From Jimgerdemannia flammicorona (lineage: Eukaryota): a stretch of DNA of 20,000 nt. Location: NCBI GenBank assembly GCA_003990765.1, contig RBNJ01000003.1:52369-72368 (forward strand), written 5' to 3'. Below, one piece after another: positions 10,165-20,000 of this stretch; within the stretch, counting starts at the first letter, position 1; each line of letters starts with the position of its first letter. The translations under genes were made by a program, and so were the position numbers. Under the pieces are notes generated by a model. That model worked only from the letters and a program-made list of their open reading frames with translations, was not told the origin of the DNA and did no database searches.

Positions 10165-11390
10165 AGATATCTCTATGACTGGAGATATCTAACTATCTTA
10201 CTATATAGTTAGTAAATATCTCTGTGACTATAGCCATTAGACTATATAATTATATATTATTTCAATTTATTCTTCTGGTCAGTAAATATCTCTATGACTG
10301 ATGCAATTTATGATCATTTACTATATAGTTGATGAATGTCTCTATAACTATAACTGTTAGACTATACAATTATATATAATTTCAATTTAGTCTTCTAGTT
10401 AGTAAACATCTCTATAACTGATACTATTTTACTATATAGTTGGTAAATATCTGATTGCAGCTGTTAGATTATATAATTATATATTATTTTATTTATTCTT
10501 CTAATCAGCAAACATCTCTGAAACTGATACTATTTATGATTATTTACTATATGATTAGTAAATGTCTCTGTAACTATAGCTATTAGACTATATAATTTAT
10601 ATATAACTATTTACTATATGGTTAGTGAATATCTCTATGACTGCAGCCATTAGACTATATAATTATATATCATTTCAATTTATTCATCTGATTAGCAAAT
10701 ATCTCTATAACTGATGCTATTATAACTATTTATACTATAGGGTGAATGTCTCTATAACTGTAGCTGTTAGACTATATAATTATATATCTTTTCAATTTAT
10801 TGTTCTGGTCAGTGAACATCTCTGTGACTGATATAATTTATATATAACCATTTACTATATAGTTGGTGATTATCTCTATAACTATATCTATTAGACCATA
10901 TAATTATATATCATTTCAATTTATTCTTCTGATCAGTAAATATCTCTATAACTATAGTTATTAGACTATATAATTATATATCATTTTAATTTATTCTTCT
11001 GGTCAGTGAATGTCTCTGTAACTAAAGTAATTTATATATAACCATTTACTATATAATTGATGAATATCTCTGTAAGTGCAGCTATAGATCATATAATTAT
11101 ATATTATTTCAATTAATTCTTCTGGTCAGTAAATGTTTCTTTAACTAATGCAATTTATGACTATTTATGATATTATTGATGAATATCTCTATAACTGTAG
11201 CCATTAGACTATATAATTATATATTATTTCAATTTATTGTTCTGATCAGTGAAAGCCTCTATGACTGATACTATTTATAACTATTTACTATATAGTTAGT
11301 TAACATCTCTGTGACTGTAGCTATTAGACTATATAATTATCTATTTTTTTATATTTATTCTACTTGGTCAGTAAATGTCTCTTTGACTAA
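10165..11390. repeat. Tandem array, ~120-bp unit built of ~70 + ~50 bp subunits, about 11 core copies
   Basis: The core TTAGACTATATAATTATATA recurs at about 10237, 10357, 10464, 10583, 10650, 10767, 10891, 10961, 11085, 11204 and 11324. Both subunits begin with RGTRAAYRTCTCTRTRACT. Confidence 0.93.
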
Positions 11391-12018
11391 AGCTTTTATA
11401 TTTATTTATTTTATTATATTATATTTTCCAAACCACTATATTTTTATACAAATCTTACAAGTTGGTCATTACTGTTTTATTATTTCTGCAATATTCAGAG
11501 ATCTTGGACTATTGACATTGAATATATCTATAGTACCATATGCCATCTGTGTAAGATAGATGGCTATATTCTAGAAGAATACTAAATTGACAACTGTTCT
11601 AATACTGTCTGTATTGAGAATGATCAAAATCATTCATATGTCCCATCTGTTGCTAAGGGCGTATGAATTTGTCCAACTCATAATAGTAGTACTGATATAG
11701 CCATTCAGTATAATAATAACTGTCAAATCAACATTCAAACTATTGAGCTAGTGTCTTTTTCTGAGTGAGAATTATATCTCTCTGTCATCATATTAACATT
11801 TTCTCTATATAATATTGGTATCTAGAGTGTTTTATATATATTATTTATTTTTATATAATATGTATTATTTTAGGATATTATAGCTAATATGACTACTATA
11901 TATATAATACATCTAGGTTCTGTTCACAAATCACTCATTTGCTAATAGAGATATACTTAGGGCTAATACAAATAGTATATACTAGAGGTGAGAAACTTAC
12001 TTTAATAGTATGTGTGTG

Positions 12019-12046
12019 TTTTTTTTTTTTTTTTTTTTTTTTTTTT
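12019..12046. repeat. T28 homopolymer (possible poly(A) tail of a minus-strand retroposed insert)
   Basis: Pure T-run after (TG)4. No target-site duplication identified. Confidence 0.6.
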
Positions 12047-14525
12047 CATTTCAGCCAGAGATAGATTATAAGTTGATATTGAACCTTATATATTTATTGT
12101 TTTTAATACATCAAAGATAGTGACTGAAAGCTAACAGATAGTTTTTAATCTTTAGATATATCAATAAGAATAGTAATCTGTGGTTTTAAATTAATAGTAC
12201 TGGATAGGCTTGAGCTTATATATTAGATGAGATATTTGAATAAAAACAGTTTTATTTTTATTTTTATTTATATGTATAGACTTTCAGGTTTACTTATATA
12301 TATTATGCATATGGTTCATCAATACTATATTTGCCAATCAAGTAAACTATATTATAAACTTGGTTCTATTTATCTACAGCTCTCTTATCCACTCTACTAA
12401 GTCTAATATAAGGAAAAAAATACAGGAAGTGATCTCCTGTATAATGAATACATTATAGAGATATGTTTTGCTCCTTATATATCTGGCTATCAGTTGTCCT
12501 TTTTTGTACCAGACAATTGATATCTCTTTATCTTTATTTCATATAGACCTAATATTAGAAATAACTTTCTCTTTTTATACCATAAGCTTTGACCAAATAA
12601 GATTACTAAAAATATACTCACAGTGATTGAGCAATATGAGATATGTGATATCTTACTTACAGAAATAGTATATCAGTAAGGGAATCTGTCAAGTCCTGTT
12701 TGGATTTTAGAGAATACATATATCTATATTCACAAGAAATAGCCACTATGTACTGAGTATCTATAAGTATTTAAAGATAGTGGGTACTGTATAATAATTA
12801 AATGTAGAGTGAATAGAAAATATGCTGTTGAGGTCAAGGAATGTAAAGCCACTCAAATTTTATAATAAATCAATATAAATTTATTAGCATAGTTTACTTG
12901 ATTGAAAATTTCACAATCTGACTATCTCTATTTTAGTAGTAGTTCTATTATCTTTAGAATATACTATATATATATATAAGAAGCTATATATATTGAAATA
13001 GAGTGACTATGCATGTCTACTCATTGGAAACTTATACCAATTTTTGAATTCAACTTATAAATCCAAAATAACAAATATCTGATATATAGAATAATTATCA
13101 TATATTACTTATAACTGTACAAATTATTTATCAAGTACATATTACATGGCTAAGTACAAATACATACTGCTAGCTATATCATACTTAATCTTTGCTATAC
13201 CCCTACCATTTAAATACCAATATAGAGAGATATTTATACAAAAATTTAATTATCAGTAAAAGGGTTTTTCTCAGAATCCAGACATCAATGCTTTTGAAGT
13301 ATTCTAAAGTTGATTAAATTGGAGCCTTGAATCTCAACTGCTGCTTTCTTTAAAACATACACACTCTATAAATACAAAGAATAACTATACTTAGGAAGTG
13401 GTTTTACAGTCTTAATGATATATAGATTAATAGTAAAGATAGTAAGAACAAGATTATTAGGGGCAATAATTATATTAATATTCTTATCATCAACTTGGTA
13501 ATTGTTGATATCATATACAGAAATATACAATTACTCATAGTTATCAGATATGGTATTGAGTAGATCATCAGCACCAAGACTAGAGATTACTCTAGATTGT
13601 TTACCCTTCTTTAAATAGTAAGTAACATTGGATGTAAGAGTAATAGTAATATCATAACTAGCTAGAATATCAGAGTAGATAATTTCATACTTTGTTATCT
13701 GCTCTTTTAGAAGCTTGACATTGGAAATTACATTAGCTAGTTTCTTGATAGTTTTGTAAATAAGTCAAAACAAACAATTTTATTCACCAGTACTATGTAG
13801 TAAAAAGTCTTGATCTTCAAGAATTAGATATTACTGTGCTTCTTATATACTCTATAGTGATAGTGATACAAAGTTATTATATATATCATGAGGACTAATT
13901 TGTACATTTGTTACAATAATAGAAATAAGAATCTGTATAATTTTCTGACTTATATAACCATCCTCTATAGACAGAATAGAAAGAATATATAAAGAATAGC
14001 TACTATCAGGATTAATATACTATAAAGTCTTTGGTTCAACTATACAAAGATATAGAGAGTATATTGCATAAGTTGTAAGAGAGTTATTATTATTATTAGC
14101 AGAATAGAAATAATTAATGTTGTATGGTTGAGCTCAAATAGATATTATACAGATACAGAACTGAAAAGAATTGTTAAGAATAGCATATATAGTTTCTCTA
14201 GATGGGTGTAAGTTTTACAACTTAATCTAAAAAGATTATAGTCCAGACTATATCAATATAAGTAATTTTAATATATAGTTGTTTGAACTTTTGAGATATA
14301 GGGCCATATTTGTAGCTAAGTTATATAATTTTAACTTTCATAAAGCTATTTAGAAAAGAAGATTGAGAATGATAGATTTTATTAGGAGTTTTTCAATCTT
14401 GAATAATGGGATTATGAATGAGGTGCTTTTTAGAAGCTATTTAATCTTAAATAGTAAGATTGAGAATGAAGTATATTTTCTACCTCTGTTTTAAATCAAA
14501 TATTCAATCAGATTACTTGAATATA

Positions 14526-14620
14526 TAATTAGATTACAAGGTTTCATATAACTGACCACTAATTTAAGTTATAAGGTTTCATATAACTAACTACTAATTT
14601 AGATTATAAGATTTCACAGA
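14526..14620. repeat. ~35-bp tandem repeat, about 2.7 copies
   Basis: taattagattacaaggtttcatataactgaccac / taatttaagttataaggtttcatataactaactac / taatttagattataagatttcaca. Confidence 0.75.
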
Positions 14621-14644
14621 TAAACAGATAGATGTCAATTTATA

Positions 14645-15415
14645 AAGTAGAAATCTTATCTTTAAAAAGCCAAAGAGAAAATGATAGACTTCTTGTGTAA
14701 AGTTATATCAAAGACTGATATCATTTATACAAATGTGAGTTCTCTGTAAAGTTGTATCAAATAGTCTTACTTTATGTTAAATAGTAGACTTATTGAATAG
14801 TAGCTCTTCCTTAAGCAGTGGGTTTCTCTTCAAATAATAGCAGGTTTCTCTTCTTGACTGACAAAGTTACATCTAAGACTACTTCATTTGTATAAGATTA
14901 TATTGAGGGACTGGCTTCACTGTGAAGGTGTATCTTATACTTAACTAACTTTGTGATAAGATATAGACAGACTTCTTCAAAATGGAAAATTTTTCTCAAG
15001 CAACAGATTACTCAAATGGCAGTAAAGTTCTTTACTCAAACTTTGATAGCAAATCTCAGGCTTTATATTGGAAATTGGACTGGAGTCAAAAATGAAGCTC
15101 TCTGCTTCTCTTTGACTTTTCAGACTCAGGTTTATTTACTCTTATCTCTGGTTTATTTTATACAAGTTGGTTGCTATCTCAGTTGCTATCTGGATAATTA
15201 TAGAATGTACAGTATTACTAAATATAGTATGTGACTTTCTCTGTATCCTCAGGGTTCAGTATCTTTAAGGTATTGTACCTTCAAGGTTCAGTTATTTCAA
15301 TCTGACTATTTGTGCTATTTATATGATTTCTGTAGCAACTGAGTAACTATGTGGATAACTATTATATACTAAGTATTCATATCATCTAATTATACTATAT
15401 TGTTCATATGTCATA
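14645..15415 (-). mobile_element. Older, related LTR (plus possible leader) from the same Gypsy lineage
   Basis: Collinear similarity to 7800-8410: aaagttatatcaaagactg vs aaagttatgttaaagactg; ctttatattggaaa vs ctttgtatcggaaa; aggtttatttactct vs aggtttattcactct; tttatacaagttggttgcta identical; terminus tcatctaattat...tgtcata vs tcatctggttat...cgtcaca. Confidence 0.8.
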
Positions 15416-15942
15416 ATATATAAGTTTGAAATCTATTATATAAACTTTATAACATATTTATAAATACCAATTATAAGATCTGAAATTTCAGAATATATAT
15501 AACTATATCCAGAAATATCTGACCCTATCTGCAGTCAATTTAGATATCAGATATATGAAGATACAATCTGAGCAAATTCACCTAAAATGGATGTCAGAAA
15601 TATTTTAATAGTATATAAAATATATGCAACTTTGATTACATTATAGATAAACCAATCTTTTTATAATCAAATTGGTCAACCAGAGAATGTGATGAATAAA
15701 TAGATAATAGAAATCAATATTGATCAACTCTATTTTGGTAGCAGTTCCTTATATGTATATATGAATAAAATTAGAGTGATATTGGGTGGTCCTTTATTCA
15801 TTTATATTTATTTGTTAATAGTTCATTAGTGGTAGCACATGATTATCTGGATTCTCACTACCTCTGAGATGGTCTCCTTGATATATATGATGCAATAAAA
15901 TTAATAGCGAGTGATTTGGCAGCATATTTGTCATTTTATTGG

Positions 15943-16165
15943 ATGGTATAATATGGCGAAGAATTGGATATTAGGATTCAACGCCACTTTGTCCGACACT
16001 ATTCATTCGTTTCAGTGGATGGCGAGGGGTTCGACTGTGGCGACTGCGTCATTCGTGTGTTTCAGTATCCGTTACACGATAAGGGATTCAATGATGCTGT
16101 CGACGCCATTCATGCGTTTCAGATGTCGGCGAGGGATTCGACTGGAAGGGCGGACGTGTTTCACG
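15943..16165 (+). CDS. Putative upstream exon of the deaminase-like gene
   Basis: Open, CpG-rich frame (GEELDIRIQRHFVRHYSF...RADVFH) ending at donor G|GTACGT (16166). Acceptor CTTGTAG| at 16301 joins in frame to ORF 16226..17026. ATG 15943 is followed by TAA at codon 3. Confidence 0.45.
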
Positions 16166-16225
16166 GTACGTCATAGAATATGTGGACTCCATTAGTCGAA
16201 AATTTACTTTACAACTCTCATCTCG

Positions 16226-17026
16226 ATGTCTACTACTTCTCTCCATACCATCATGGACAATATGGACAACGGCGGCAGCGACGTTCCGAACGCGCTTGTA
16301 GAGGTCGTTAAAGTTTGCCTTGTGGATGCCTCCCCCAATGAACTATTGAAAAACGTCTTCAGTCTTTCATCGGCGACCATGGAGATGATATCAACGTTGA
16401 TGACAGCCAATTTCTTCGAGCTGTATAGGGGGAGGCTTCCTACGCCATACGAATTTGCAGTTTGGGGCCTTGCCAGGAAGTGGCAGGAGGAGGGCAAGAG
16501 CGTGCAAAGCCCCAAACACGTCAAAAAGTATATTCGTATGGCGGTCAATTGGTTACTAAACACCATAGAACCAATTGTCCAAGGCAACGATCCTGGGAAT
16601 CTGATCTTGGTTCCGACCAAGTTGGCGCTGGCCTATAGGGACCAGGAGATTGTCTTGGGCGTTACAACGCTTCGAAATGATGACCAAACAACGACAGTAG
16701 CCAAGCGATTGAAACTCGCTCAGCGAAACCGCGCCTGGAGACGGCAGGCATTGCACCATATGGTAGACTTTGAGGAGGCAGAGGGAAGTGCGAGGGAAAT
16801 GCACCGTATCGAGCAGTGCGCCGAGCGCTCGTGTTTGATGGCGCTGCTAGGAAAGGGGTTGGCTACTGGGCGTTCGGTTGAAGACGTGAAACGCGACTGG
16901 GAGACTGGAGGATGGCGTATGGCAACCTTTACCGTAAAACTAGGTATCACGGAATTAACGGCACCTTGCAACTACGAACAATTTCTAAACAATGGGGTAA
17001 CGTTTTTGACGGAGGAGGAGTTGTAG
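16226..17026 (+). CDS. Hypothetical protein with Zn-dependent nucleic-acid/nucleotide deaminase-like motifs (CAE...PC)
   Basis: Longest ORF in the window (266 aa), GC-balanced and CpG-rich. Motif order: strand LALAY, strand IVLGVT, helix C198-A-E200-RSCLMALL, strand WRMATFTV, A-P247-C248-N-Y, then GVTF. The CDS is well supported; the product is inferred. Confidence 0.7.
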   Translation: MSTTSLHTIMDNMDNGGSDVPNALVEVVKVCLVDASPNELLKNVFSLSSATMEMISTLMTANFFELYRGRLPTPYEFAVWGLARKWQEEGKSVQSPKHVKKYIRMAVNWLLNTIEPIVQGNDPGNLILVPTKLALAYRDQEIVLGVTTLRNDDQTTTVAKRLKLAQRNRAWRRQALHHMVDFEEAEGSAREMHRIEQCAERSCLMALLGKGLATGRSVEDVKRDWETGGWRMATFTVKLGITELTAPCNYEQFLNNGVTFLTEEEL

Positions 17027-17163
17027 GTTGCGTTGCGTTTTCCGTGTAATTAAAGTCTACGGTGGAGCGGAGTTGGTTTTTATATAATGTTTCAGCTTGT
17101 AGATATATTACTATGTAGTTGCTCTATTGCTTTTCGATTGCGTTAACAATATACATGATTACT

Positions 17164-17164
<1 letters not shown>

Positions 17165-17237
<73 letters not shown>
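17165..17237. repeat. T73 homopolymer
   Basis: Uninterrupted T-run about 140 bp downstream of the ORF stop. The length may be assembly-dependent. Confidence 0.85.
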
Positions 17238-17238
<1 letters not shown>

Positions 17239-17562
17239 AATCTCAATGTCCTACCGACATCGTAATGCCGCAACTTTCAATTCTATGGATTATATTTTAG
17301 TCTTCCACCTCCGGCATTAAGGAAACTCACCAATCTCCCTAATCCAAACAGCAAGTTCTTAACTTGTCACATCGCCTTGCAAATTTTTTCACGGTTAAAT
17401 TAAATGTTTGCCTTGGTACTAATCGTTCGCACAAAGTTGTCGAAGAATAGTGCTCCGAGCAAGAACGGATGAAATAATGAGATTTGACATCATCGTCTCA
17501 CTTGCAAATAATCAACTTCTCACCTTCCTGTGTGACGTTTGATTTCAATATTGATTAATATT

Positions 17563-17696
17563 GACGTCCACACGAACGCTATCAAGCCGAATGAGGTCCA
17601 CCCAAACGATGTCGACCCGAAAGATGTCGACCAGAACGACGTCCACTAGAACGACGTCCACCGAACGATGCCTATTCGAACCATGTCCGCTCAAAC
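17563..17696. repeat. 15-bp minisatellite, 9 copies (consensus about GAYGTCCACCCGAAC)
   Basis: gacgtccacacgaac gctatcaagccgaat gaggtccacccaaac gatgtcgacccgaaa gatgtcgaccagaac gacgtccactagaac gacgtccaccgaac gatgcctattcgaac catgtccgctcaaac. Confidence 0.85.
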
Positions 17697-17979
17697 CACT
17701 TCCACCCCACCGCGTCTACCTGAGCTACGTCCTCCTTTATTTATCATCATTATTTCATTAAAATTATTTTATGACAAATATGAAATATAAATCAGCGAGA
17801 TTCTATAGCGCCAGCAAATCCTGTCCCACGCCGGCAACTTTCTCCCGTACCTCCACCTGTATCATGCCCTTGATACCTAAACCTACTCAAATGCATATTC
17901 TTTATTTCATACATCAGATTGAATTCAAAATTTGTATCTTGTTTATAATAGATTCACAAAAAAAGTCATTAAAATCCAC

Positions 17980-19560
17980 CTAACACGACTTCAAGATGTC
18001 TTCCTTAAGCCTATGTTCATCTGTGGGATGAGGCTCCCTTGATCAGCACCCAGGCCAAGATTCTCGTTTCCGCCAACACCATCCTTCCTCGTCTCTTGCC
18101 TTCCCAATCCGAGAACTCATTCAACAGGAAACAGTTTCCACACACTCATAGCCGCACAGATTAAAATCGTCATCAGTGGCTTAAGTCGGCGAGATACGCA
18201 AAGTGGTCGAACCTCCCGCAATCAGTCTATCGTCCCAATCCAACGATGTAACTGTATCAGTGCCCACAGTCCTTGCTATCAACTTCGACACCCTCTTCTC
18301 CGAAATGAAATGAATAGATTCCACGCCGCATTGAAGCTCCTCGCGACAGTTCTATTTCAACTGCTGTCCTACCGGCTCGTCAGAACATCGAGGAATCGCT
18401 TCCACTGCAACGACGTGGCATTGAAAGACCTGACAGGGTGGGAGGAATGTAATCATGACGGCTAGGCGGGGCCGTCTTGCATGTCGGTTGCGGCATAGAG
18501 GAACGTGGTATATGTAGATCAGGCGTGATAAGTCTGTTTCGTGTAATTCAAATATAAGAGAAACTCTACATCCACGATATTGCATTACCCAAATCGGAGA
18601 TATTGGTGGTCATTACCGCTATAATTGTTTAACGGGTTTAACGGTATTGTCGATTATGTAGTTGAGCTCTGTCAACATTTCGATCTGATTCGCGGTTGAT
18701 TTTAGGGAAATTGAAGGTTCTGTGTAAGTGTAACATTGATGTGTTCAACAATGACATATCATAAAAAGAGGAACAAAGTGAAAGTGTAAGGTAAAAAGGT
18801 CTTGAGACAAGACTACAAGTTGATGCAATTGTTTCTACTCTTGACTTCCCTCTCCCACGAAAAAAAAAAAAAAAAAAAAACGTCTTCACAAGTACAGCAT
18901 GCAACATGCTCAATATTATACTGACAGTTAGCAACTTGTCTAACCGACGTGATCGTCGACATCTAAAAGGTTGGAGGAGTCAGCAGACATATCACCAGAC
19001 TTCAACTTGGCGATTCTTTCTTCGAGGAAATGGCGGAATATATAAAGTCAGCACAAGTGAAGATAAAATCATTACGTTCCACAGGCAACACGCGTAAATA
19101 CCGTAATCTCGCGTAGGATTTGCACCCACATCTGCCACCCTCAACTAGAGGGTGGCCGTCCTTCTCTTGGACGAGCGAGACAGTTAGTATCGTTTTACGC
19201 GTATTGATATAAGCAGTATACCTGATCTCCGGTACGGCGAGTGAGAATGAGAAACCCTTGAGGCCTGCGAGATCACTTGCGAGATCTGTCTGGCGCGCCT
19301 ATTGATGTTCGGCGGCGTTACCGACCCTGACGCTTCCCGTTGAGGGGAAACACAGGCACCATTGCTCTTGATTGTTCCTGGTGAAAGGAACGCACCACCA
19401 TGAACGGCAGAAACCAGAGGTCAAAGACCTAGGGGGCCATTCAGATGAATAGTCCTTAATCAGGCGCCAGAAAGGGACACACCCTTATTGCGGCTTACCC
19501 CCGATCAACTGGTGCTCTTCAGTCGTATTGTCATTCTCACAATGTCTTGTGTCTGTGGAG
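17980..19560 (-). pseudogene. Probable decayed multi-exon gene with ZZ-type zinc-finger-like remnants at the C-terminus
   Basis: Minus-strand intron signals: GTAAG...CCCCCTAG (about 19498-19429); GTATAC...CTAAC...CAAG (about 19221-19166); GCTGAC...CCTTTTAG (about 18963); CCCTGTCAG (about 18430). Last-exon fragments DCGH*YSYIVGL, DDDFNLCGYEC and HPTDEHRL are split by stops and frameshifts. Confidence 0.35.
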
Positions 19561-19699
19561 CTGTGAAGGGGAAAAGAGAATCGGTGAAAAAAAAAAAAGG
19601 AAGTCATATCATGTGATCAGATAAATTTGCACCTTCTCACAGGCCGAGAAGGACAGCCTAGGATATTAATGTGGTGCAGATTAATGACCGCAAATTGAT

Positions 19700-20000
19700 A
19701 TCAATAACCAATTTTGCTTATTTATTATTAACATTAAACATATACTTCTTTAATAAATTTAATATACAGGTAAATATTATTAAATAATATATATTAAAAA
19801 AATATATATATTATATAATTGTAATTATATTTATTAATTATACCAAAAGATTTATTCGGAATAACTTATTTTGTATGTAATTAACTTTTAATTGCACTAA
19901 TATATAAATTTAACAAATAATAAATATTATAATTATATTATAATTATATAATTTAAAATTATTTCTTCATAGAGTAAAATAAATAAAATAAATATTAAGA
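19700..20000. other. Start of another extremely AT-rich mutated repeat block
   Basis: Abrupt switch to almost pure A/T sequence with very few C or G. Confidence 0.7.

Larger units (their letters stand above)
8411..15900. other. Heavily C>T/G>A-mutated, AT-rich, CpG-depleted ancient repeat region
   Basis: By eye only two CpGs in about 7.5 kb (9181, 11660). TpA is abundant, there are no credible ORFs, and tandem copies differ almost only by transitions. Confidence 0.85.

Noticed and set aside
11311-11559. 82-aa hydrophobic ORF (and the similar ORF 14953..15234)
   Set aside because: Both lie in a tandem array or LTR remnant with non-ATG starts. The Ile/Phe/Tyr richness reflects AT-rich decay.
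12505-12520. 16-bp exact match TGTACCAGACAATTGA to 8015-8030
   Set aside because: The similarity does not extend on either side, and a single 16-mer match in 20 kb of biased sequence can be chance.
16204-16971. Minus-strand ORFs 16204..16620, 16556..16804 and 16720..16971
   Set aside because: They are antisense to the longer, motif-bearing plus-strand ORF and have no independent support.
17561-17761. 66-aa Thr/Ser/Arg repeat ORF
   Set aside because: It is a translation of the 15-bp minisatellite, and one 14-bp unit breaks the repeat phase.
18793-18898. Possible TSD around A21 (aaaaaggtcttgagacaagactaca vs aaaaacgtcttcacaagtaca)
   Set aside because: The alignment needs several indels and mismatches, too diverged to call next to a pure A-run.

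Overview
Eukaryotic, most likely fungal, repeat-rich DNA in three mutational zones. (1) 1-8410: a near-complete, decayed Ty3/Gypsy (Metaviridae) LTR retrotransposon on the minus strand. The 5' LTR ends at 8410 and the 3' LTR begins at 109 and runs off the window. Its gag-pol is unusually elaborate: capsid, CCHC knuckle, protease, a ~1.25 kb Cys/His-rich insert with a GAL4-like half zinc cluster, a five-motif dUTPase, a second degenerate dUTPase-like domain, RT, RNase H (hit by a poly(A) insertion with an 18-bp target-site duplication), integrase, and a non-canonical helical/acidic tail in place of GPY/F or a chromodomain. (2) 8411-15900 and 19700-20000: very AT-rich, almost CpG-free ancient repeat debris, including a ~120-bp tandem array and a second, related LTR. 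(3) ~15900-19700: a CpG-retaining island. It holds a plus-strand 266-aa ORF (probably spliced to an upstream exon) with the motif order of a Zn-dependent CAE...PC deaminase fold, a 15-bp minisatellite, and a decayed intron-rich minus-strand gene with ZZ-zinc-finger-like remnants. All calls come from reading and hand-translating the sequence; no searches were run.
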